The notes beneath the pieces are model-generated. The model was not told the DNA's origin, searched no databases, and was given only the letters and a program-made list of their open reading frames with translations. A stretch of 64,000 bases of DNA from Felis catus. Lineage: Eukaryota. Both the position numbers and the translations under genes were made by a program. Where the stretch lies: assembly GCF_018350175.1 (NCBI RefSeq), contig NC_058373.1, positions 108,626,001 through 108,690,000 of the forward strand. Reading direction: 5' to 3'. Every line of letters begins with the position of its first letter. Positions within the stretch are counted from its first letter, which is position 1. Shown piece after piece: positions 39,136 through 51,659 of the stretch.

Positions 39136-42100
39136 GTTGGCTATACACAATTTGCCATGCTCACAACTTAGAGTAAACAGTGAGGGAAACCATCAAACCA
39201 CATTGTTTCCAGATATTGATACTTATTTACTATTGTTGTGTTTCTCCAAATAAAAGAGCCCTTACTCATTGTAAATTCATCCTGAACTATAAATATATAG
39301 TTCGTTAAAAAAAACTCATTATAATTTTATAAAGAACCAGGCAATGTTTTTCTCTTACGTGCCATCCCACTTAAATTCTAAGTGCTTCTTGCAAACTGAC
39401 CTCCTTTCACACTGATGTAAAATTCTCAGCTATGAAATGGGGCAGCTAAAAGCCTTTAACTTGTCCTAAGTCCCACAATGCCTAACCTGTAAGGACATTG
39501 TCAAACAAATGAGCGTAGACCTAGAGGAAATTGACCCAACCCTAACAAAAACAAAAAACAAACCCCATTAGATCTTTCAATGAGATGGACGTATACATTG
39601 TTTTTCTAAGCTATTAAAAATTATTGACATTAGGCATGCCAGATATTGGTAACTTTAGTCAAAAATAATGTCAGTCAGTTACTATTGAAGCTTTTATAGG
39701 TTGATGGAGAACATAAAATATATTTCTAAGTCTGAAGTACATTTTTCAATAAAATTATTTTTCACAGATTTCTTCTAAGTCTAACAAGGGTGGCCTTAAC
39801 TACCAGGTAGTAATAGTTACACACGTTTATGCTTCAATGTATTTATTTGTTATCCATTAATTGTTATTTCCCAAGTCTGTTTACTTTGAATTTGTTCCTA
39901 TTTGTACTATGTATTTTTTGCCATATTTGAATACTGTTTATCATTCAAATAATGTTTCAAAACACTGAGCTGTGATACCTGGTTATTGAACACCTGTTTT
40001 CTGGAATGCAGCTGGTGATAGGAAGTGACAGCTCATTGTCTTTGCAGACAGTAGAGTCTCTTCATCTTTCCCATTCAGATGACTCAGTGTTCATTGTAAA
40101 AACATAGTGAAGAGGATACTAGACTTATTTCAGCAACTCTAGGGATACGGTCCTTTGAATTCTAGATTGTCAAGTCCCTTACTTGAATATGTATAATGAG
40201 ATAATTCAAGCAATATATTCAAATTTAATTTTAACTCAGCATTCAGGGTTTGCTATTCATGAAATACATAACCTGATTTTTTTAAAAAAATCAATGAATT
40301 TGATGGTATCTTGAAACCTTATTTCATTCTCTCTGGAGTTGTCATGGCAACAGAGAAACCAGGGTGCTATGGGGGAGATGTGATTTTAGACTTCTGCTGT
40401 AGTTATTCCTGTGTCTAGTCCAGAGAGGATAATGTGATGGCTGCTTTATTAAAAAAATTACATTTATTATGCATTATGCTAGTGTAGCTGTCATGGAGAA
40501 CTCAGATTCTATAAGATCACTGGCCTTGCCACTTTCCCTAGTAAGGTGGGTTCAGGTTTTCTTTGTCCTATTTAAATTTCTGTTTTGTGACTGGTAGGAT
40601 ATTTTTGATATGTATAGTATCCAGTTAAGGGTATTGGATCTTAAAACAAACAGGATGGAGAATACAGAATTGAAACAATTGAATATACTAAATGAATTAC
40701 AAACTTTCTGCGTAAATATGAAGTTAGCTTTGATTACAGATCCTGCCCCACAGATGATCTAGGCAGCTCACTGTCTTACCCCATATTGTTGAGACCCCTG
40801 AGCCTGCCTGGTAGTGGCTTTCTGTCCACTTACATAATATGACAGGTTTCCTATTCGGCATGCAAATCCTCATGATACCTTTTTTTTTTTTTCTTCTTGC
40901 TCTTTGATTTTCTTTGTCCTTTTCTCCCTTCTACCTCCCTTCCTCCATTTATTTCCCTCTCCTTTTCTGGCCCACTGACCCTCTGACCCCCTTCCTTACT
41001 TCCTTCTTTCTTCAGATGCTTTATCTTCTACATTCACTGCACTGAATTTACCTACCACCCTGTATTGCCTCCAACTCCAAGCTCATTCCACTTTGCTAAA
41101 TAGACTCAATTAGCTTCTCTCTGTTCCCACCTCTCTCCCCTCCCCTCCCTTCCTTCCTTACTGAACTCAACCCTATAGGTTTATATGTCCAGCAGCTAAT
41201 TACTTTGTAGTGCCAGGTCTGTGCTCAGAGTAGATGGTGTCCTTGTGGAATTTGGTGAAAAGCCTCAATATATGCTGCACAATTGTATGCAAAAGCTGAA
41301 GTCAGAGCAATAGGAAAAATGAAACCCCCAGGGGTTAGCAGAAATCATGAAGAAGGTTTTAGTTATTATGGAGAATTGGCAGCACTCTGAGCCAGTCATA
41401 TCTAGATTTCCAAGGGTGAGGGAACTCTGACGTGTTTATTATATACATGTAAGACAGAAACAAGCAATCATTTAAACACATTATAAACAGATATATACTA
41501 GGGAAGCAAAAGATGGGCTTATGAATGCATCTTTGCTATATGTATACCACATTAAAAAATTTCTTTATTCAGCTCAAAACTGGAATAGTTACTACATTGA
41601 TTTCTTAAGGGCATTTTCCCCCATTAAAGGTTAATTTGGAGTCCAGAACCATTGCAGATTGGGACAGGAAAAAAAATGGAAACATTTTCTTGGTAGGTGA
41701 TAATGCTTAGTGCTCACAGATCAAGGTCCAGATATAAGACATTAAAAGAAGTCATACTTTCAGATTACAAGAGTGACAGGCATGTCTGTATCACCATACT
41801 AGGCATTATTTGGAAGAATTTATCCTCTTGTTTCTCCATTTAAATAAACCATAGTCCATTGTTAACTCTCTTAACTACCGAAGAAGTCTTGTGTATTTAA
41901 TGGCTGCCTGATATATACTTATAGTGGAGCACTTGGACATAATGCCACAGTAGATTTAGATATTATTTAGGTAATTCGTACTTAAAAATGCACTGAACAG
42001 TAAAGACATTTTCACTGAAAACAGACAATATGAAAAATTTAAGATGATTCAAAGGCTTTAATTAATGATAAATTCAACCCTATGCTGGCATAATTAGGTC

Positions 42101-42216
42101 TGAGCTTTAGACACACTGAAAATGTCAGCTTTCCCAGTTGGCACTTCTATAATCATAATGGCTTTTCATGATTAAAAGAATTAAAGCCACTTCCAAAATA
42201 AAAGCACTTCATTCTT

Positions 42217-42440
42217 TTAAAAAAATTTTTTTTCAACGTTTATTTATTTTTGGGACAGAGAGAGACAGAGCATGAACGGGGGAGGGGCAGAGAGAGAGGG
42301 AGACACAGAATCGGAAACAGGCTCCAGGCTCTGAGCCATCGGCCCAGAGCCTGACGCGGGGCTCGAACTCACAGACCGACCGCGAGATCGTGACCTGGCT
42401 GAAGTCGGACGCTTAACCGACTGCGCCACCCAGGCGCCCC
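42217..42440 (-). mobile_element. Young felid Can-SINE
   Basis: 18-bp TSD taaaagcacttcattctt. Confidence 0.97.
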
Positions 42441-42769
42441 TAAAAGCACTTCATTCTTAATTCAACCTTGGTTTGCTGGAATGGAATAATGGACAGTGGC
42501 CTTAGTTCTATACTCTCAGTTTATATGAAAATGGGTGAGGAATCTCTAGAAGCTTTACTAATGTTTGCCCAAAGAAGTCTGTTAATCAGTGTAGAACCAA
42601 AAATAGAAGCAAGAGGATGAATGTTTGATGAAGGTGGTATTGAAATTGTGGGCCTCACCATGTTGGTTGGGAAGGCAAAGTCTCCCTCTTTTCCTTGTCT
42701 TCCCTGCTCTTCTACACACCAAAGCCTCAAGATATATGGAGTACTGAGCAGGTGCAAGCTATAGCAAGC

Positions 42770-43075
42770 GTTAAGTGTGGTACGCACATTCCCATCCAAA
42801 TATCTAATAAACATTTCACAATTAATTTGTCCCAAACTGAAATTAACCTCCAAATTTGTACCAATGTCTTCCCCATTTCAGTTGATGCCAACTCCATGTA
42901 CTCAAGCCAAAAACACTGGAATTATCCTTGACTCCTCTCAATCTCTCTTATCCTACATCTAGTCTATCAGGAAATAGTACCAGTTCTATCTTCAAGATAT
43001 ATCCAGAATCAAATAATCTTTGCTGTGACTATCCTGGTTGAAATACAACAAATTCTCCCTTCTGCATATCTTTTC
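42770..43075 (+). mobile_element. L2 fragment
   Basis: ctcaagccaaaaacactggaattatccttgactcctct...ttctatcttcaagatatatccagaatc. Confidence 0.75.
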
Positions 43076-43092
43076 TTCTTATAGTCTATTTT

Positions 43093-43307
43093 TTTTAATT
43101 TTTTTAACGTTTTATTTATGTTTGAGACAGGGAGAGACAGAGCATGAACAGGGGAGGGTCAGAGAGAGGGAGACACAGAATCTGAAATAGGCTCCAGGCT
43201 CTGAGCTGTCAGCACAGAGCCCGACGCGGGGCTCGAACTCACGGAACGCGAGATCGTGACCTGAGCCGAAGTCGGCCGCTTAACCGACTGAGCCACCCAG
43301 GCGCCCC
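43093..43307 (-). mobile_element. Can-SINE
   Basis: TSD tcttatagtctatttt. Confidence 0.96.
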
Positions 43308-45957
43308 TCTTATAGTCTATTTTCAAGAGCATCCAGAACAATGTTTTTTTTTTCTAATTTTTAATTTCGACATAATATCAGGTTTATAGAAACTCTACAA
43401 GAATAGTACAAAGGTTTCCTTTAAATCCTTCATCTAGATCCCCCAAATAGAAACTTTTTCTCATTTACTGTTTTTGGTTAAATGTTGCTACATTCTCTTC
43501 TGTAAAGGCATACTATTCTACATTTTTACCCCTGTGGGGCCCCAATCAGGGCCTGGTGCTTGTTTTACATGCAGCAGTTTCTTGTTTGCTTTTTGTTCTT
43601 CTATGGAAATTTATTTAAGCTTTCTATTACTAATGGGGTCATTTTCATAAACTATATATTCCTCAAAAAAATTAAAAAAAACTATTTCATACAAGTTTTC
43701 AAGTTTGTCTCTCCATAACCTTGCAAATAGTGTGTTGTTTTTTTGAATTTTTACCAATCTGCTTGGTGAGAAATGATATGTCAGAATTGTATTAATTTGC
43801 ATTTCTATTAATATAAGTAAGATTGAATGCCTTTCCATGTGTTTAAGGGCTTTAAAAAATGTTTGGATTGTTTTTTTGTGTTTTTCATTCATTTTACTAT
43901 CAGGATTTTGGTCCATTTTTTTTTTCCTCCAGAATTTTTTAAGAATTCCATATTAATGTTATTGGTTCTTTATTTGTGATATATAAATGTTTTTCTCTAG
44001 TATTCTGTTTTATGACTTTGTGGTGTGTTTTGTTTTGGCCTTGCTGAAGTTTTAAATTTTTATGTAGTCAAATTAACAGTTTTTGCATTTTCTCTAGATC
44101 TTGAGTTACAGCTAGAAAGACCTTTCCCCACCTCCAAGATTTTATAAAAATTCATTCATTTTTTTTCTTGTTCTTTTGTGGTTTCATTTTTTTTAATATT
44201 TATATTCCTGAACCACTTGGAGTTTATTTTTCTGTATGAAATGAGGTATAGATCTAATTTTGATGTTTATCCAAATATCAGTTATCTCAGCGCCAGTTAT
44301 TAAAAAATCAATTCTTTCCCCAGTGACTTGAGATGTTACCTCCATCATACATTAAAATATTCACTTTGGTGTGTATCTGGACTTTTAATCTTTTCCCACT
44401 GGACTGCCTATATGCCCATGTACCAGTACTGCTCTATTTTAACTATAAAGGTGTTATAGTATGTTGTAATGTCTGCCAGGGCTTGTTTCCTAGTAGCTCT
44501 CTTTTATAGTATTTCCTGGATATTCCACATAAAATTTGAATTAAGATGTTTAAATCTATTAAAAGCTTACTAATATTTTCTTGGGGGTTGCATTAAATTT
44601 ATACCTTCTGAAGAACTGATATCTATAAGATGTTGAGCCACATTATTCAAGATGTAAGAATGTCTTTCCATTTGTTCAAGTCTAATATTATATCTCAGGA
44701 ATGTTAAGTTTTCTGTGTATAAATTTAGTACATTTCCTATTTATTTCTAGGTGTTTATTTCCTTTTTGCTATTATAAATAAGGCTTTGTCATTATATGCT
44801 CTGATTACCGTTTGTGTTTCTGAAAGCATGTTTGGTGTCTGCATGTTAATTTTATGTTCTGAGTTTTTTGAGTTACCTTTGTCATTGACTATCTGGGTAT
44901 ATGATTATATAGTCTGCAAATAGTAAATTTCTTTTTTTTCCTCCAACTCTTATGCCTCATAGTGTTTTCTCTCATCTGATTGCATTGGCCTCTAGAAAAT
45001 TTTAAATAGTACTGTACTTTGTGGATATCCACTTATGTTCTCAATACTCATTTTAAGAACAGGGTGAGTTCTGTTTAGTTGAGTGATTTTTACCAAAAAC
45101 ACGTTTTAAAATTTGTTACAGAATTTCTCCACTTATGGAAACAAAGTGGTTTGGAAGTATTAGTATGAAGTCTCAATAACTTATTTACTGAAATTGAGCC
45201 AACTTTACATTTGGAATAAATCTTACTTGGTCATGGAGTATTGTTTTCATATTACCATGCTGGATTCTGTTGGCTAAAAGCTTTGTTCTTATTCCATAAA
45301 AAGAACTGGATCATTTTCCTTTATTTTCAGTGTTCTGGAACTTATTGTGGAATGTTGGTACTATCTGGTCATTAAATATTTTGCAGAACTCCCCTATGAA
45401 ACCATCAGGGCCTGGTGTTTATTTTGTGTGTAGCAATTTCTTATTTGCTTTTTTTCTTCTATGGAAATTGGTCTGTTTACCTCTTCTATCACTAATGGAA
45501 TAATTTTCATAGAGTGTAAGTCCCTAAAAAAATGCATTTCATACAGATTTTCAAATTTATTTCTCTAAAGCACTCTCCTATTATTTTAAAGCATTTCTTC
45601 TATTTCAATGGTTATTTCCCTTGCAATTTCATATTTTGTATTTATATTTTCTGCCTGTATTTTTCTGAATTAAGTTAACTATTGACTCGTGTTTTTTTCT
45701 TTGTTAGAGGTTTTGCTTTATTAGTTACATCTTCTGATTTTCTATCCTGTACCTTATTAGTTTTTACTTTTATCTTTCGTATTTCCTTCTTTGTGTGTTC
45801 CTTTGGTTTACTTCATTTTTTTCTTTCTTGTTTTTTAAGATAAGAATTTAATTAGGTTATTTTAATTCTTTTTATTGATTAGTGTTTCAGACTGTGAACT
45901 TTTTTCTCTCTTAAATATATTCCACAGAATTTGCTAGGTGGTGTTTTTATTATTTTA

Positions 45958-46738
45958 TTTTATTTTATTTTATTTTTTTACTCCAAGGACAATTTTAATG
46001 ACAATGTAAAATACAAATATATTAATTTTTATTTGTAGTGACAAAGCTCAAACTTTCTACAGAGCCCTTAGTGGATCCATATGTAGTTGATAAATATCTA
46101 CATCCAAAACCTGATTCATTTTTTAAGTTTACTTTTATGTATTTATTTTTTTTAATTTTTTAATATGAAATTTATTGTCAAATTGGTTTCCATACAACAC
46201 CCAGTGCTCATCCCAAAAAGTGCCCTCCTCAGTACCCATCACCCACCCTCTCCTCCCTCCCACCCCCATCTACCCTCAGTTTGTTTTCAGTTTTTAAAAG
46301 TCTCTTATGCTTTGGCTCTGTCCCTCTCTAACTTTTTTTTTTTTTTCTTCTCTTCCCCCATGGACTTCTGTTTCTCAGGATCCACATAAGAGTGAAAACA
46401 TATGCTAATGGATTGGAAGAATAAATATTGTTAAAATGTCAATACTACCCAAAGCTATCTACACATTCAATGCAATCTCAATCAAAATTGCACCAGCATT
46501 CTTCTCAAAGCTAGAGCAAGCAATCCTAAAATTTGTATGGAACCACAGAAGGCCACGAATAGCCAAAGTAATTTTGAAGAAAAAGACCAAAGCAGGAGGC
46601 ATCACAATCCCAGATTTAGCCTCTACTACAAAGCTGTCATCATCAAGACAGCATGGTATTGGCACAAAAACAGACACATAGACCAATGGAATAGAATAGA
46701 AACCCCAGAACTAGACCCACCAAAGTATGGCCAACTAA
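45958..46738 (-). mobile_element. Felid L1 with 5' inversion and probable 3' transduction
   Basis: T tract; about 140 bp non-L1 sequence (45980-46118); second T tract; reverse 3' UTR 46163-46404; sense ORF2 [23 protein letters not shown]...[19 protein letters not shown]...YGQL 46402-46738; TSD tgtttttattatttt(a). Confidence 0.92.
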
Positions 46739-46754
46739 TGTTTTTATTATTTTA

Positions 46755-47031
46755 TTATTTTTTTATTTTTATTTATTTATTTTTTTAATACTAAACATCT
46801 ACAAATATTTTTTTTTTAATTTTTTTTTCAACGTTTATTTATTTTTGGGACAGAGAGAGACAGAGCATGAACGGGGGAGGGGCAGAGAGAGAGGGAGACA
46901 CAGAATCGGAAACAGGCTCCAGGCTCTGAGCCATCAGCCCAGAGCCCGACGCGGGGCTCGAACTCACGGAGCGCGAGATCGTGACCTGGCTGAAGTCGGA
47001 CGCTTAACCGACTGCGCCACCCAGGCGCCCC
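46755..47031 (-). mobile_element. Young felid Can-SINE with a double tail
   Basis: Near-consensus CpG-rich body 46829-47031; 21-nt non-SINE insert between two T tracts; TSD 46739-46754 and 47032-47047. Confidence 0.95.
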
Positions 47032-47424
47032 TGTTTTTATTATTTTAAAAGAAATTCTGTAATTTTGTTTTTAGTGTCCCTTTCATCTAAGAGTTGCTTA
47101 ATATAAGATTTAAAGTTTTTTATTTCCAAAATAATAAACTTTTTCCCCCTCTTTCTATGTATAATTTCTAACTTTATAGTAGTGTGATCAGAGAGGGTTG
47201 CTGGTAATATTTCTCCTTTATGGAACTTACTGATGTCTGCTTTGTGATTGAATATATGATCAACTTTTGTGAATGTGCTTTGTGCCCCTGGGAAGGTGTA
47301 TTCTCTATTATCAAATCATAAAATTTGATATAAGTAGTATTTATCTTGTTGATTATGTGGTTTAAATTTTTATATCCTTACCTCCTTTTTGCCCACCTGA
47401 TTGTCTTATACTAAGAGTGGTATC

Positions 47425-48955
47425 TTACTGTACCCTTTGGAAAGAAGTCACCATGTGCATATGTGTAGTGTGCCCATGAAGTAGAGTTGTGCGTGTCTTC
47501 CTTTAGGGTGACATATTTACATCAATTATTTGGAATTCTGCACAGAAAATATATTATCCCCCACTTATTTATTCATGCAGTCCTTTATTTACATTGTTGT
47601 AGATTCATGGATTCTTGTATTTTGGTTTATAATCCAAAACTAAATTTATTTTGTTGCTCATACTGTTTCAAATTGAGACATTGGGAGTTTCCTAGTTGGT
47701 TCCTATGTCCTTTGACATACTCTTATTCTATATTTTATTTTTTAGCACTTTTTTGGCACTGCAATCCTCTCCAAGTTAACTTTGTATATTTATTGGAAAA
47801 TGGAGAAGATACTGGAAATCAAGATGTAGGCACTGGGTGTACTCATTGCTACTGAGAGTCATTGCTTCTAGACCCTCTCAGCTGACAGAACAGGGAAATA
47901 TGTGTGTGTACTAACCTGTGAATATAACATATCTGTAATTATTTAATCATATATGTATAGTAAGTGGAACATGAGTTCATACTGAGATCTCCAATTCTAA
48001 CTCCTGCATAGATAAATCTAACATTCTTCCCTTGCTTATCTTGTTACTTTTCACTGTCACAGTGAGAAATCTGGCTTCTGTATCCATTTGTTTAATTGTT
48101 TAGGTCCAGTGTGCGTGACTAATGGGTTCAGAATTATTAACCTGTAGCTCCATGCGAAATAACTTTATTAACTAGAATATCATACTTATGTGCAGTTTTT
48201 TTTTTTTTTAACTTCATTTTGACAGAGCCCATTTCTTTCTTAGTGGTACTAAGGTCAGAACCTTTTATCCCCACCCCTTTCAGTGAAGTAGTTTCATACA
48301 TTTGTAATGTAATTGGATTGATTGGTCACATCTAAGTTACATCCTGAGACTCCCCACTTCCTAAATTATTTTTTTTAATATTTGTATTATGATTCACTCT
48401 CTTGTGCTGTGATTTCTTTGGACTTTGACTAGCACACAGTGTACCATTGCAGTGTCCTACAGAATAGTTTTACCAACCTAAAAAATTGCCTGCATTTCAT
48501 CTAGCTGATGCACTCCCTCCTCCTCAACCACTGGAAACCACTGATGTGTTTATCAGGTTTTTTGTTTAATTTTCTCATTATGTCATATAATTGTAATCAT
48601 AATGTACATAGCCTTTTCAGATTGGCTTCTTTCACTTGGCTATATGCATTTAAGGCCCATCCATGTATTTGTATGATTTGGCAGCTCAGTATTTTTAATT
48701 GTCATAAAATATTCCATTGTATAAATATACCAAAATTCACTCACCCATTGAAGGACATCTTAGTTATTTCAGCTTTTGGCGCTCAGGAAAAAACTTCTGT
48801 AGACGTTTGTGTGCAGATTTTTGTGTAGACGTAAGTTTTCAGATCAGTTGGGTAAATATATAGGAATATGTGTGCTGGATCATATGATAAGGGCATGTTT
48901 GGCTTTGTAGGAAACTGCTAAACTTTCTTCCAAAATGGCTGCATACTTGGCATTA
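47425..48955 (-). mobile_element. Ancient L1MC/L1MD-type 3' region
   Basis: tttggaaagaagtcaccatgtgc; gcttctagaccctctcagctgacaga; gggtaaatatataggaat...ggaaactgctaaactttcttccaaaatggctg. Confidence 0.75.
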
Positions 48956-49939
48956 TCTTATTGGTTAGATTCTGTATTAAAATGCTAATAAAAGTGATGA
49001 TCAATGTATACCTTTGTTTTCTTAATTTTAAAGTTAATATTCTTGAATCTAATGTAGGCTGCTTTTGGTTACACCTTATGAGATTAAAAATATTCCTTAT
49101 TGTCCCTAGTTTCCTGATAGATTTTTTTCCAAAGCAAGTATTTTATTTGATACTTCTATTTAAATGGCCATGTGGAGTTTTCCTTTCATCTGTTAATCTG
49201 GTGAATTACATTTATACATTTTTTTTTCTAATATTAAAGTACCCTGTGTAATAGCTGCTTCTTATGGATGTACTGTTTCTGTTCTCCTCCACATCACCCA
49301 AATTCATATTGAAATCTTATGCCCCAGTGTAAAAATATTAGAAAATGGGGGTCTTTGGGAGGTAATTAGGATTAGATGAAGTCACTAGGGAGGATATTCA
49401 TCATGAATGGGATTAGTGCCCATGGGATACGCGTCATGAGAGTGCCCATGGGATACGCGTCATGAGAGAGCTTGCTTCTCCTTTGCTCTTTTTTGCCATG
49501 TGAAGATACAATGAGAAGTTGGCAGTCTGCAACCTGGAACAGGGATTTCACCAGAAGTTGACTGTGCTGGCACCCTGATCTTTAAGTTTTAGCTTCCATA
49601 ACTGTGAGAAATAAATTTCTGTTGTTTATAAGCCATGCACTTAGAAATATGGATGGTAAGGTCCATTCTGATGAGTTCTCAGACAAAAATGAGTATGTTG
49701 TTGGAAACTAGAGGAAAGGCAGTATTTGTTATAAAGTAGCAAAGAACTTGGCTGCATTGTTTGTGTCCTAGTGCTTTGTGGAAGGTGGAACTTGGAAGCA
49801 ATGAAATTGTGTATCTACCTGAGGAGATTTCTAAACAAAATGTTGAAGGAATGGTGTACCTCCTGATTGTTTGCAGTGAAATACAAGAGGACAGAAATGA
49901 CTTGAAAAAACAATTTTAAGCAAAAAGGTACCAGACCAT

Positions 49940-50148
49940 GGGGCGCCTGGGTGGCTCAGTCGGTTGAGCGGCTGACTTCGGCTCAGGTCATGATCTCACG
50001 GTCCGTGAGTTCGAGCCCCGCGTCGGGCTCTGTGCTGACAGCTCAGAGCCTGGAGCCTGTTTCAGATTCTGTGTCTCCCTCTCTCTGACCCTCCCCCATT
50101 CATGCTCTCTCTCTCTCTGTCTCAAAAATAAATAAAGATTAAAAAAAA
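49940..50148 (+). mobile_element. Can-SINE in MaLR internal sequence
   Basis: Canonical head, CT tract and tail; imperfect TSD. Confidence 0.95.
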
Positions 50149-50818
50149 AAAAGTGCCAGATCTTAAAAATTTGGACAATTCTTATCCATACTGCAAAAGG
50201 AGAAGGCATGTTTGAGAGAACACTAAGGTATGGTCAACCATCCATGAGATTAGTATGGATGTGTGAACCATGGACTTAGCCATCCCAGCAAGACAATGGC
50301 CTTTTTTGAACTGAAGAGGAAGGAAATGAGAAGAAATGATGACAGGCTGTGGGATTGCTTATATTTTACAGGAAAGAATCATAGAGTGATTTAGCTTCAA
50401 ATGTTTGTTATTCTTCAAAATAGGGGAAGAATGACCTGAATATGAATTAAAGACTATCTGGGCTGTCTATTTGGTTTCAAAATGGGGGAACCATTAGCTT
50501 GTTTTCAACAGACCATTTGACCTCTTCCCAAAGCTATAGGGGCAGAGCTGACCAAAGTGGTGGAGACAGGCCCTCCAGGCAGAGAGACCTGGGAGCACAG
50601 GTTCTCCTCAGTATTTCTGCAAGAGCAGGAAGCCCCAGAGGGTCCAGAAGCAGAACATCAAAGAGGATTATTCTTGAGTCTTTAGGTCTAATGTAGTTTG
50701 CCCTGCTAAGTTTTGGACTTGCTTGACATCTGTCACTTCTTCCTTATTTCTCCCTTTTAGAATGAGAATTTGTATCCTGTGCCTGTCTTGCCATTGTATT
50801 TTAAAATACATAACCTGT

Positions 50819-51020
50819 GGGGTGCCTGGGTAGCTCAGTCAGTTGAACATCTGACTTCGGCTCAGATCATGATCTCGTGGTTTGTGGGTTCGAGCCCCGC
50901 GTTGGGCTCTGTGCTGACAGCTCTGAGCCTGGAGCCTGCTTCAGATTCTATGTCTCCTTCTCTCTCTGCCCCTCCCCCATTTGTTCTCTCTCTCTGTCTA
51001 TAAAAAATAAATAAGTGAAA
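50819..51020 (+). mobile_element. Can-SINE in MaLR internal sequence
   Basis: TSD aaaatacataacctgt / aaaatatgtaacttgt. Confidence 0.94.
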
Positions 51021-51399
51021 AAAAATATGTAACTTGTTTTGGTTTCATAGATTTTTCTCATGTTACCAATTCAGTCATTCATCACGTTCTGTAGGTTCTT
51101 TATTCACCATGTCTTGAAGCTGTCCCTAACTTGATCCCACGGTTATTCTGATTCAGGCTTCCATTATCTCTTAGATGAAGTATTATAATACAGTGGTCTT
51201 ATTATCACTTATGTTCTCCTGCTGTACTTGTTCTGATGTCCAGATATTCTGGATGAATTGGTGGGGGCTCAGTGTGAACAATTCTGAGAGTTAAAACCTC
51301 CAAAAAGATCCAGTCATAGGGGGTACCTTACAGTGCTATGATATTTGCCTCCAGGGATTAAACCATTTCCCCATTTGCCTCCAGGAATTAAACCATTTT

Positions 51400-51607
51400 T
51401 TTAAATTTTTTTTTAACATTTATTTATTTTTGAGACAGAGCATGAACGGGGGAGGGGCAGAGAGAGAGGGAGACACAGAATCGGAAGCAGGCTCCAGGCT
51501 CTGAGCCATCAGCCCAGAGCCTGACACGGGGCTCGAACTCATGGACTGTGAGACCGTGACCCGAGCCGAAGTCGGACGCTCAACCGACTGAGCCACCCAG
51601 GTGCCCC
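51400..51607 (-). mobile_element. Can-SINE
   Basis: TSD taaaccatttttt. Confidence 0.95.
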
Positions 51608-51659
51608 TAAACCATTTTTTAAATATCAAAAGAATCTTGTGATTTTTGGCAGGGGGAAG

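Larger units (their letters stand above)
43345..47420 (-). mobile_element. Long ancient L1M remnant, host of the 45.9-47.0 kb insertions
   Basis: T-rich sequence collinear with reverse L1 ORF2 (gtaccagtactgctctattttaacta; ttgcattaaatttata; tcttacttggtcatgg; atatgatcaacttttgtgaatgt). Confidence 0.75.
49258..51050 (+). mobile_element. MLT1A-like LTR (about 49258-49640) plus MaLR internal sequence
   Basis: aaattcatattgaaatc...gggaggtaattaggattagatga...gtgagaaataaatttctgttgtttataagcca; internal gtaaggtccattctgatgag...ttggaaactagaggaaagg. Confidence 0.85.

Noticed and set aside
39768..39806. Possible 39-nt exon ISSKSNKGGLNYQ
   Set aside because: Weak donor (gtagta); no homology recognised.
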